A stretch of DNA of 63,863 nucleotides, filler included, from Folioceros fuciformis (lineage: Eukaryota): NCBI GenBank assembly GCA_049999805.1. It is 21 parts of 21 records of this genome, joined end to end, with 100 filler letters (N's around TTAATTAATTAA, not from the genome) between each part and the next. Parts side by side here need not be neighbours in the genome. Positions count along the whole stretch, not along the records: positions 35,780 to 37,377 come from JBNGIO010000558.1; positions 37,478 to 39,330 come from JBNGIO010000559.1; positions 39,431 to 41,660 come from JBNGIO010000560.1; positions 41,761 to 45,851 come from JBNGIO010000561.1; 17 more parts are not named here. One strand, written 5' to 3'. The position numbers were made by a program, and so were the translations under genes. Positions 35,780 through 45,851 of the stretch are shown here, piece after piece (the first letter of the stretch is position 1; the number at the start of each line of letters is the position of its first letter). Below the pieces are notes generated by a model. It was not told the origin of the DNA. It searched no databases and saw only the letters and a program-made list of their open reading frames with translations.

Positions 35780-36864
35780 TGGCCTCCAAGGTCCTGGAGA
35801 TACCGGACGAGGACCATACCTCATTCCAGGAGGTCCTGGTGGTTGGAAAGATGGCCGAATGGACTGTGGTGGTCGAGGAGCAGTCACAGCCTGTACCTGA
35901 TAGGAGTCATCCACGTACCCATAGTCTCCTAGTAGGTAGGCGTCCACTTGGTTGACGGCATGGCGTGGAGCCCTAGTGCACTCTTGGTGGGTGTGTCCTG
36001 ATTGGTGACAAATAGAACAGTACACCAGCTGCCTACCCGGTGAAGGTGACCTCCTTGGTGCTTGGTTGCGTACAGCCTTCACCTCCAACTCGGCTAGCCT
36101 CCTCGTCAATGCCTCAACCTGATTGGTCAGTCCTCCACCACTTGAGGACGGCTCACCTCTCTCCATCCTATAGGATCCTTTGCCTCTCTTGTCCTTCTCA
36201 GCTCGACGATCCTCATCCTCCTCACGCCTCTTGCGTGCTTTCTCCAGATCCTTCCTCATCCTCTTCTCATAAGCCCTATCGGACTCCTCATCGGTGTAAG
36301 GATTCGATACAAGGCTGTCATAATCCGGATCAGACTGAGACGGTGACCTGGACCTTGAAGAGGAAGATGGGCTGTGATGCCTCGACCTCCTATGATGCCC
36401 ATACTTCCGATTCTGCTTCCTCTTCTCTCTACTCAACTCCGACAACTCAAAATCTTCAGCAACCTTCAAAGCCTCCTGCAAAGTGGTCACACCTCTCGTG
36501 CAGCAGGTTGCCATCCGATCGGGCAGTCCTCCAGCAAACCAATCCAAAGCTTGAGCATCCGTGTACCCTGGAGTACTCGGACCTCCTGGAACAACTGGCC
36601 TGCCACGTGGGATCCTGTCCACATAGTTGTAGAACCTCTCCATGTAGTCATAGAGATCCTCCTTCCTTCCTCGCTTCAAAGTCCTCAACCTCGCGTAGGT
36701 GTGATGGCCATGGCTAAGACCTCAAAACTTGGTCAAGAAATCGTCCTTCAGGCTGTCCCAATCCACTGGTGGTGTCACTCCATACGTCCAGCTGTACCAC
36801 TGCTGAGCTTGTCCTCTCAGCAAACCTAGAAAGATCCTCAAACGATCAGCTATAGTGTCCTCCA
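35780..36864 (-). mobile_element. Ty3/gypsy gag with CCHC zinc knuckle
   Basis: LLRGQAQQWY..DWDSLKDDFLTKF..LKRGRKEDLYDYMERF..WFAGGLP..CSICHQSGHTHQEC. Confidence 0.85.
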
Positions 36865-37377
36865 TGAAGGATCTCTAGGAGCTACATGGTGAAGGAGAGG
36901 AGAGGAGGAGGCAAGGAGAAGAGGAGAAAGAGAGGTCTCATAGTGTCTCTCAGAGCTCTATTGCAAAGGGAGCTCAAGAGGGTATTTATACCCTCTAGAA
37001 AAGCTCCCAAGGAAGCTTCACAAGAAGCTCACAGGAAGCTATGTAGGAAGCTTCCTGAAGATTAGCTTAAGCTAATCTAAACTAATGATACTTAATTAGA
37101 CACTAATCTTAGACTAATTACATTAGTCTAGTTAAACTAATCACAATAGTTTAATTAGACTAATCACATTAGTCTAAGCACATTGGGCTTCAATAACCCT
37201 ACAACCGCCCCCTTAAAGGCCAATTTACCTTCATAGGGGAGTGGTCTAACTCATGCCCATGAGTGTCCGAGCTTGTGCGAATTGCTCCAAAGAGAGCCCC
37301 TTGGTAAGAACATCTGCAGGGTTCTGACTAGTGTGAACTTTGACAAGTTGTACCCTCTTGTCTTCCAACACCTCTCG
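36865..37377 (-). mobile_element. Copia 3' end (RNase H tail, PPT, 3' LTR 37203-36865) inserted into the gypsy gag
   Basis: REVLEDKRVQLVKVHTSQNPADVLTKGL..; TTAAGGGGGCGGT followed by TGTAGGG. Confidence 0.88.
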
Positions 37378-37477
37378 NNNNNNNNNNNNNNNNNNNNNNN
37401 NNNNNNNNNNNNNNNNNNNNNTTAATTAATTAANNNNNNNNNNNNNNNNNNNNNNNNNNNNNNNNNNNNNNNNNNNN

Positions 37478-39330
37478 CCTGCACTTCAGCCCTCGCCTCG
37501 CGCGCCTCTTCCTCGGCTTGAGCCTTCTCCCTGTCCAGGACCCGCTGCTTCTCCTCCAGCAGTTGCCGCGCCGTCTCTGACTCCCCCAGTTGCCTCCTTG
37601 CTTCCGTCTCTCGCTCACGAGCCTTCTCCTCCTTTCCTCGAGCCTCGGCCTCTCGCTCTGCTTGTACACTTAACCAGGTCAGGGCCCTAGCAGCCTGATC
37701 CAGGAGGTCTGCTTGGGCTTGCACCATCGCAGCAGTCAGCCTGGGTAGGTCCACCTCCTGCACCCCTCCGGTGCCCATTCCTCTCGCCGTAATTTGTCTG
37801 CCCAGGAATTCTCGCAACTTGTCCAGGTCCCCCACCTGCAACCTGTCTCTCTGAGGCCTACACCTGAAAATGTCCTTCCACCTTGAGAAACCCTCCTGTG
37901 CCGAAACGTGCCCTAACTTATCCTCCTGTCTGGAGGAAAGTGTGTCGGCTGCCATCACCTGATCTTGTGGCGCCTCGGGTCTTGTCTCACCCTAACCTTG
38001 CTCCTCCAACCTTCGGTCCTTGATTCCCTTGACAGCTGGTTCTCGTTCTGCCTCCTGCTGACGCGTCTGCTCCAGGGCTGTCCCCCCTTCCTCCTGATCA
38101 GCCCCCGTGCTCACACTTTGTCCTCTGGTCCTTTTCCTCTTGGCAGGAGTCTTCGTTTGTGGCGCCATCCTCTTCTTGGGCTTGACTGGGGTTTCCTCCT
38201 GTGAGCTATTCCCACTGTCAGCTTCCCAACTGCTGGAGGCAGCCCTTGCTGGCTTAGCGGGCTTCCACTTCACATCGTGAACTGGCTTCCACAGGTGTAG
38301 CGAGGCCAGCATTTCTAGCTCAGTGACCAGGTTAGCGTAACTTACACATGGATTAGAAACGGGGAAATCATAGGAGGTTCAGGGGTGGGTCGGATCAGGT
38401 TCTGCCTCTCCTCATCCATCCAGGCGTATAAAATCCTCCCCCAGTCGATCCTGGTGCCCTTCACTACTTCATGCACAAACAGTAGCATCTGGTCGGACAG
38501 ATAATCCTATTTGTGTACCTGGAAGAAGCTCAGGAACCACCTGGCCAATCCCAACAGCTGGGGACTTGCCATGTCGCGCACCAGCCACCTTTTCACTTCC
38601 TTTCTCGTGCCTGCCTTGAGCAGCGTTTCCACGCCTCCCGTTCCGCCACGCTTCTTCAGGGACTCTAGCACCAGTCCCCCTTCCTCCTGTTGGTCGCGCC
38701 TATAGACCCTCCTGATCAACTCCAGGTTCCATTCTTGGGGTCTGCCTCTAATCCCCTCCTCGCATACAGGCTCTATCAGCCTCAGGGCGCACTCCCTGAC
38801 CAGCTGGGGTGCTGCATGGTTCCACTTCTGAGTCATAAAGTTCAGACCCAGCTCTGCCACCAACTTTCCTGCCCTGACCCTCCAGTGCTCCATATTGGGC
38901 CACAGGAGTAGGTCGATTCGGGGGACAGGAGGTCCCCCCTCATGTCTAGAGGTTGCTGCTCTAGGGATCAGTTTAGGCCACGACCTCATCCTGCCTGTCC
39001 TTCTCCCCTCACGCTCGGGCTCGGAACTCTTCTGTCCTGGTCGCGCTCTGGCTCTTCCTCTGTTCGCCCAGCTCTCTCCACCGCTCGCGCCTTGGAGGTC
39101 CCCCACTCCCCTGTGCCTGCTCAACCCTCACGCCCTGCGCCGTCTGCCCTGTCGTCCTGGCGCTTTCTCCTCCTTTAGCCGCTTCACGCTTCAAGTTACT
39201 CCCGCTCCCCTCGCTTTCGGATGCTGGACAGAGCTCCCCTTTTTCTAGGGTTTTTATGCCCTGCCTACTTTCTCTCCTTACCGCCCGTCGGGCTACCACC
39301 AGTCGTCCCTCCGGCGACAGTTGCCCTGCC
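37478..39330 (-). mobile_element. Second, inverted copy of the accessory-ORF repeat seen at 1-1770, including its upstream region
   Basis: Translations nearly identical to those at 28-1770. Upstream GGGCATAAAAACCCTAG (TATA-like plus telo-box) at ~39246-39262 on the minus strand. Confidence 0.9.
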
Positions 39331-39489
39331 NNNNNNNNNNNNNNNNNNNNNNNNNNNNNNNNNNNNNNNNNNNNTTAATTAATTAANNNNNNNNNNNNNN
39401 NNNNNNNNNNNNNNNNNNNNNNNNNNNNNNAAAACCAAACCATACCACTATTAACCCTTTTTAAACCAAAACAAACTCCTACCCCAAAC

Positions 39490-39720
39490 TTTGGAGGTTC
39501 ACACCTGGGACGAACAACACTCTCCGTATCACAGTCCTTGATGGGGGTGTTCCTTGGACAGGGGGTAGCATAATCCGTACGTCCCCCACTGCGATGGCGA
39601 GTTGGATGAAATCGTCCCCCATGCGAACTCGCTTTGGTGCGATTTTGCTCAGCGATGTGAACCACTCCTTTCTTGGTGACATGTGTGATGTTGCAGCGGA
39701 GTCAATGAACTAAGCATCCT
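39490..39720 (-). mobile_element. Ty1/copia protease remnant
   Basis: FIDSAATSHMSPRKEWFTSL..VRMGDD..AVGDVRI..VLFVPG. Confidence 0.8.
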
Positions 39721-40599
39721 CCCCGTGCACTCCCATTGCGTTTGTGTGCTCTAAGTGTTGTGAGCCTGGAGCTTCTGTAGCGGCTCAAAATGAGCCACCA
39801 TCTACAGGGGAGCCGTGGAACTTTTGTCATTCACTTTAGCCAAGGTGGATTCTGGAAGACAGAAAGATGCAATGGTAGATGACGAAGACCAAGCTGCTTG
39901 CTGACCTGATTGCCACACAAAAGGCCCCACACATAGCATTACACCGTTGTTATTAGCTACAACAACCAAGCTGCCATCCCACATCACTGTTAAGGACCGA
40001 CCTGACAGCAGTGTCCACAGCACTCCGGTACCTTGTAGACACCGACCGTTGGTCACATAAACCCAGCCAGCAAACTAGATTGTTGAATGCTGATGAACTC
40101 AGAGAAAGGATCCCCTCAAAACGCACCGGCTGGAAGCTGCAAGAGTTGGCTGTAAGATCCCGACCCCTAGTAGCCCCATTTTGATCTCTAGAAATCAACT
40201 CTTGCTGCAGAAACGCCATCTATCGGATGATTCAAAAAGATAATACATCCAAAGAAATGAGAGAGAGCAGTGCGCTGCATCGCCAAGGTGATGTTGGGAG
40301 AGACGTGTCTTACAACTCATGGAAATGGTACCTGGTTAGGGCGAAGCACAACCGTGTTAACAGCCACTCGGCTCTCGTACTCTCTTTGACATTTTGTTAA
40401 ACTTTCCCTTTCACGTGAGACATGGTTTAATTTTGTGGTTTATTTATTTTAAACAAAACTCACTTATGTGCTCTAGTACAGTTTTGAACCTCATTTTTGT
40501 CCCCGGGTACAATACATGAGTAATTATAGCAATCGAAACCCAATTCCATGGCACAACTAGTAGTACTCTTGTCATTTGTTGTCCGAAACATTTATCTAA

Positions 40600-40739
40600 C
40601 ATAATGAGTAATGTTACTCTGAAAGGATCTTCTCCATAACGAGTAGTGTTACTCTTGAAAGAATCTTCTCCATAACGAGTGGTGTCACTCTGAAAGGATC
40701 TTCTCCATAACGAGTAGTGTTACTCTGAAAGGATCTTCT
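40600..40739. repeat. 35-bp tandem repeat, 4 copies
   Basis: CATAACGAGTAGTGTTACTCTGAAAGGATCTTCTC. Confidence 0.92.
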
Positions 40740-40789
40740 TCGTCGCTCTCTAAAAGGCACTTGTCAATGCATTATGTAGGATTGTTGGA

Positions 40790-41610
40790 AAGTGCAAGCC
40801 TTGCGGCTTTTTTGGTAGGCACTTGTGGTAAGGTTGGCCAATGCGGTTTGTAGGACGGTGAAAAGTGCAAGTAGGCACTAGTGGTAGGTAGTAGGCCCTT
40901 CGTCATTTCATGCCACGATATCCTCGAGCTGATAGGATAGCAACAAGTACAGGTCTAGGAACTTCATCGGCACTAGTGGTAGATAGCCCCTTTGTCATTT
41001 CATGCCACAACATCCTCGGAGCGGCAAACATATGACATGCGCAAGTCTTGGACCATCACGGGTAGGTACCAATGGTAGGTACGCCCCTTGTCATTTCAAA
41101 CCATGACATCCTCGGAGTCATAGGATGACAACAAGTGTAGCCTTGGCAACTTCATCAATCGGCGTCAGTGGTAGGTAGCCCCTTGATTCATCATTTTACA
41201 CCACGACATGCTCCGAGTGTTAGGAGGGCGATAAGTGCAAGTGTGGCAGCTTCATCAGGAGGCACATGTGGTAGATGGGCCATTCGTCACTTTACACCGC
41301 GACATCCTCGCAACAATAATTAGACAACAAGTGTAAGTTTGGCAACTTCAATGGTAGGCACTAGTGGTATGTGGTCCCCTTTGTCATTTCACACGACAAT
41401 ATCCTGCAAGTGATGAGGCATCGACAATTGCAGGTCTAGCAACTCCATAGGCAATGACGGTAGATGGGCCCTTCGTCATTTCACACCACGACATCCTCAG
41501 AGCAAAAGAACGGCGACGAGTGCAAGTCTAGTAGCTTCATGAATAGGCACCGATGGTGGGTAGGCCCTTCATCATTTCACACCACGGCATCCACGGAGTG
41601 ATAGCAAGCT
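40790..41610. repeat. Degenerate ~96-bp tandem array, at least 8 units
   Basis: Units start at about 40874, 40969, 41065, 41161, 41261, 41357, 41450 and 41546: GGCACTAGTGGTAGG..CCCTTCGTCATTTCACACCACGACATCCTCG..ACAAGTGCAAGT..GCAACTTCAT. Confidence 0.88.
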
Positions 41611-41885
41611 ATAAGAATGATGCCCATGGAAGATAATCTCCCTTTGGCCCTCTTCAAGTTNNNNNNNNNNNNNNNNNNNNNNNNNNNNNNNNNNNNNNNN
41701 NNNNTTAATTAATTAANNNNNNNNNNNNNNNNNNNNNNNNNNNNNNNNNNNNNNNNNNNNCTCTAGCCATTGTCTAGAACATAGCGGGATTTAGGGTTGA
41801 AAGAAATCGATTGGAGTGCGCCGGTAGACCGACGCACTGCAGCCAGCATGCTGAAAACAAATAAGGGATATGAAAGAAAGCTTAC

Positions 41886-43745
41886 CACTTTTGCGAATGT
41901 AGTCTGAAATCGAAAGAGATGTGTGTCTTCAGTATGCTTTGGGTACAACACTTCCGCTTCCTCAAAGGTTGCGCACTTTAAGGCTATCCTGAATGCATGT
42001 TGTATGAGATGGATCTTTTTCCTCTTGCCCACCTCTGCGTCCATGTCTTTGAGGTGCAGCTTCCCCTGGATTACCTTCTGCGTCACAGCAATTAGCATCT
42101 CCTCGCCTTTCACACCTGCTGGGACTCCTTGAAAAGCCCTCCAAGGCTTGCCCTGCATTGCTGAAACCTTCTTCGAAGACTCATCAGGCAATGGCGTGCT
42201 CCTGGAAGAGAGTCCAACTTCCCCAGGTTTCCTCTTCGCTTTGGCACACTTCTTTGTGCCAGAGTTTCCTCTTGCTACCTGTTCAGGCAGCTCATTCCTC
42301 TCCCACATCCTGAAGATCCTATCAACGTTCTCCCACATGATTCCACTACACCTTGCCACCCGATAAGGTAGTGTATGCCTGTCTACCATCTTCTGCACCC
42401 AGTCAGTGTCCCGAAGGTCACCTGCCTCATATGTCATCCCCAACAACTTGTAGAGATTGAATTTCCACTTCACAGGGGGCTTCTCATCCAAAGCATGTTT
42501 CCTGTAGAAGATATCTAGCTCGTCGTGGATACGGAGCTTGTTCAATAAAGCCCATTCTCTTGCGTTTATTGGCATACACATTATGATCCATTGCGAGGAC
42601 TCACATTTTCTCATCCGTCAGTCCTGCATAAACATGCCCCTCCATCCATTTGTATTTGTCCTCTGCTAGGTACATCTGGTGCAGCTTCTGCATAGCTGCA
42701 AAGCAGTGGTTTCCTCCTAGCACTCCCATCTGGTACTGTTGCGCTTTGATTTTCTCAAGGGAAACATCTTCTTTCTTCGAAGCCTGTTTGGGATCTATCA
42801 TGCAAAGGAGAGGCAAAATACCTTCCTTCACTGACCCTGACTACATCTGCCTCACCAAGCACTTCATCCACGCTTCGTCAACCTCCCATATCTGTGCATC
42901 TGCTGTAATGTAACTGGCCGGATGCAGGATGTCCACATGCAGATCAAACGTTGTTGATCGAATCCGTTTGGCATGCGCTTTTCTTCGAACTGCATTGAGA
43001 TAGTCTTCATCCTGCGCAACTCTCTCTATTCTTTCTGGGTCTGTCTCCACTGTCCGTGGCGGCTCCTCTTCGCAAGTAGGTCCTTGGGCCTTTTGCCTCT
43101 GCTTCCCTGAGCAGCTGCTTCGCTCACAGGACCTGCGATCGTGTTCTTCCTCTTGTGCGGTGAAGAAGATGTCACTGAAACATTTCAAGATGGTAAACAA
43201 CATGTCAGCGTCAGTGGCTTTTCAAGATACCCGTTTCTGCACAGATGAGAACAATAAGATCAGCGGGTGAGCTCTAGACAGCAAACTGTGTTTCTTGGAT
43301 GGAGAGGTGCTTGCAGTCTTTCTCTTCCGTTGCACAGGGGCGCCGATAGCCCGGCGCACCGTCTTCTGCTTCTTCCGAGGTGGGGTTATCTCTATCAGCG
43401 AATCCTCTTCACCCTCTTCTTCTTCTCTAGAGCCTCGAGTCGCATCCAGGGCTTCATTCAGGCTGCCCTCCGTGGAGGAGTAATGTCCCATCTCTATGTC
43501 CTCCTCACCGCTAAGCTATTTAGGGTCACGGAGGTCGTCTTCCAAAAGCTCTGGCTGCATGCGCAGCATCTCTACCGGTAGCCTTCTCAAACCTCTCCGT
43601 TTGCCTTGATGAGATGGGGCTGAACTCTGCTTGGATGGAAACCCGCTGGCGATCTCCTGCGATTCTCGAAGCAAGAGCTCAATTCTTGAGGACGCAATCA
43701 GCAATGAAGCGCAAGACAGTCCGACATAACTGTTCGCCACCCTGC
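41886..43745 (-). pseudogene. ParB/Sulfiredoxin-like domain gene with acidic/NLS N-terminus and helical C-terminal region; spliced and degenerate
   Basis: Reading through TAG/TGA: LHVDILHP..AQIWEVDEAWMKCLVRQM*SGSVKEGILPLLCMIDP..GVLGGNHCFAAMQKL..GHVYAGLTDEKM*VLAMDHN..RMGFIE. GGNH (42706-42717) sits at the ParB GxxR-box position. GTAAG donor at 41885, CAG acceptor near 43742, NLS-like PPRKKQK and RKRK. Confidence 0.6.
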
Positions 43746-43843
43746 AGAAAACACGTTATGCAAATGTTTAGGGTTACATAATGCTGGGTTAATAAACGTA
43801 AACTAAGAATCCACAAAACAAATACTAACATCTTCCACATTCA

Positions 43844-44499
43844 TGCAATCTCTCCAAGCGGTTTTTAGCCACATCGGTTTACCACAGGATATATTGTGCA
43901 AAGCAGTGTCTTAGATCCTTGGGTAAACCAGGCTTTCGGGATTTGAGGTACCGATTTTTAAACATGTGCAAGATAGAGCAAGAAATGCTTTTGCAGACCT
44001 TGTTCGATGTCAATCGTCCTTATGATGGACACTCTACAGCGGAGACTTTTTTGATTGGATCTACCAAGATACGCTGTTGTCGGGATGCCTTCACACAAGT
44101 TTTCTGTATCGGTGCGAATAGGTACGAGGCAGCAAAAGAAAGAGCTTTGGATAACATTATGTGGGTGGGCTCTGTCCGTGCGGAGAAGCGCACCCAAGAC
44201 CACGGTATGGCAGCATGTGTTTGGATGGATTAATTTTTTTTGCTACTAGCAGAACGCATGCCGAACATTGAAGTGTACCATCTTCCAGACTTATACACAA
44301 AAGAGGAAATTTTTTTGGAGTACAAGCAGCAAATGCAACGAGTGGAACAGTACAGTATGTGTTACACACCGTATTGTTCAATTGTGGGCTTCACATTTCC
44401 ACAAAGTGTGAATTCCAAAGACCAACATGTTTTCACTCTGTACAACTTGCGACTGCCTGAAAAGGAACATCAGAGCTGAGTCTGATAAGAAGAAACAAG
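43844..44499 (+). pseudogene. N-terminal exon of a Cys-rich DNA transposase (DUF7869/Sola-like), degenerate
   Basis: YCAKQCL..LRYRF..EQ..CCRDAFTQVFCIG..WMD*FF..AERMPN..YHLP..KEEIFLEY..LWASHFHKV*IPKTNMFSLCTTCDCLK, then a GTATGT donor at 44500. The catalytic region is not in the window. Confidence 0.6.
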
Positions 44500-44543
44500 G
44501 TATGTAAGTGTGTTTTTTTAGGTACGTTTAATGTAGGCATTGG

Positions 44544-44768
44544 AAGTGCGCTGGTTGACCGACGCACTTTATTAGCTGTGTAGATAGTGGGTGTGTGCCG
44601 GTAGACTGGCGCACTCCCTTTGCTTAGCATCACAAAGTTTGTGGGCTGACTGCGCATTGGTGGGAGTGCGCCGGTCTACCGGCGCACTCCCTCTGCCTCC
44701 TCTCATGAAGTTAAGGGTCTGACTGCGCATTGGTGGGTGTGCACCGGTAGACCGGCGCACACCCACCA
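44544..44768. repeat. Cluster of four palindromic GTGCGCCGGT-NN-ACCGGCGCAC units (fifth copy at 41815-41838)
   Basis: Copies at 44544-44569, 44589-44618, 44662-44691 and 44731-44768; the last three are spaced about 73 bp apart. Confidence 0.9.
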
Positions 44769-44784
44769 GGTCGCACCCTTCATG

Positions 44785-45851
44785 ATGCTACACCAATTGA
44801 GAGATTGTATGGCTATAAGCCGGATATTAGGCACTTGAAAGTGTTTGGGTGCATTGCATATGTGCATGTACCTGATGAGAAGCGTAGGAAGCTGGATCCT
44901 AAAGCAGTGAAGAGTGTTTTTCTGGGGTATGCACGAAATAGGAAGGCATATAATTGTTATGTGCCATCCACACATGAGATCTTGATAAGCAGGGATGTGG
45001 TATTTGATGAGTTAGCCTCCTGGTATAGCAACTCAGTTGCACTACCCTATGACGAACCCACAGGGGAGAGTACTATTAAGAGTACTCCAGCAAAGAGTGA
45101 GGATGTGACCAATGGTGGATCACCAACGATGAATCCATGGTCTGGAAGATTGCGAAATGGTAAACCGAAGACCACTGACCCGGATATTGAGGGGGAGAGT
45201 AGAAAGCAGCAAAACTGGAAATGAGGGATATGAATCCTCAAGTAGTGAGAGCTTTGACAGTGAGTTTGGCATTCCGTCTGTGGAAACGCCAGGTGCTAAG
45301 GAGCAACAATATGCAAGGCAGGTTCAAAATGAACCAAGACCAAGGAGATCTGAGAGGGTTAGGAAACCCATTGACAGGTACACCTATACAAGCTACAATG
45401 TGCAACATTATGCGTATATGACAAGGGTCACAACTTGTAAGGAGCCAACCAAGTTTGCTGAGGCAATGACAGATGATAAGTGGTGTCAAGCCATGGATGA
45501 AGAATACTCAGCATTAGTTGAGAACAGAACGAGGGATTTGGTTCAATTGCCTGATGGCAAGGTTCCTATTGGTTCTAAGTGAGTGTACAAGCTGAAGTTC
45601 AAGTCAGATGGAACGCTGGAGCGTTACAAGGCCAGGTTGGTTGCAAAGGGATATGCACAACAGTATGGTCTTGATTATGAGGAAACCTTTAGTCCAGTAG
45701 CCAAGATGACAACTGTAAGGACAGTCATAGCATTAGCAGCAGCTAAAGGATGGAAGTTATGGCAAATGGATGTCAAGAATGCCTTCTTGAATGGTGAGTT
45801 GCAAGAGGAAGTGTACGTGGAACAGCCTGAAGGCTATGTTCATCCTAAGTT
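44785..45851 (+). mobile_element. Ty1/copia integrase C-terminus and RT N-terminus
   Basis: [62 protein letters not shown]. Confidence 0.95.

Noticed and set aside
40790-41610. CRISPR-like repeat/spacer array or tandem hammerhead ribozymes
   Set aside because: The apparent spacers are homologous to each other, there are no cas genes, and the context is eukaryotic. The minus strand has occasional CTGATGA and GAAA, but stem III cannot close with a UH site.
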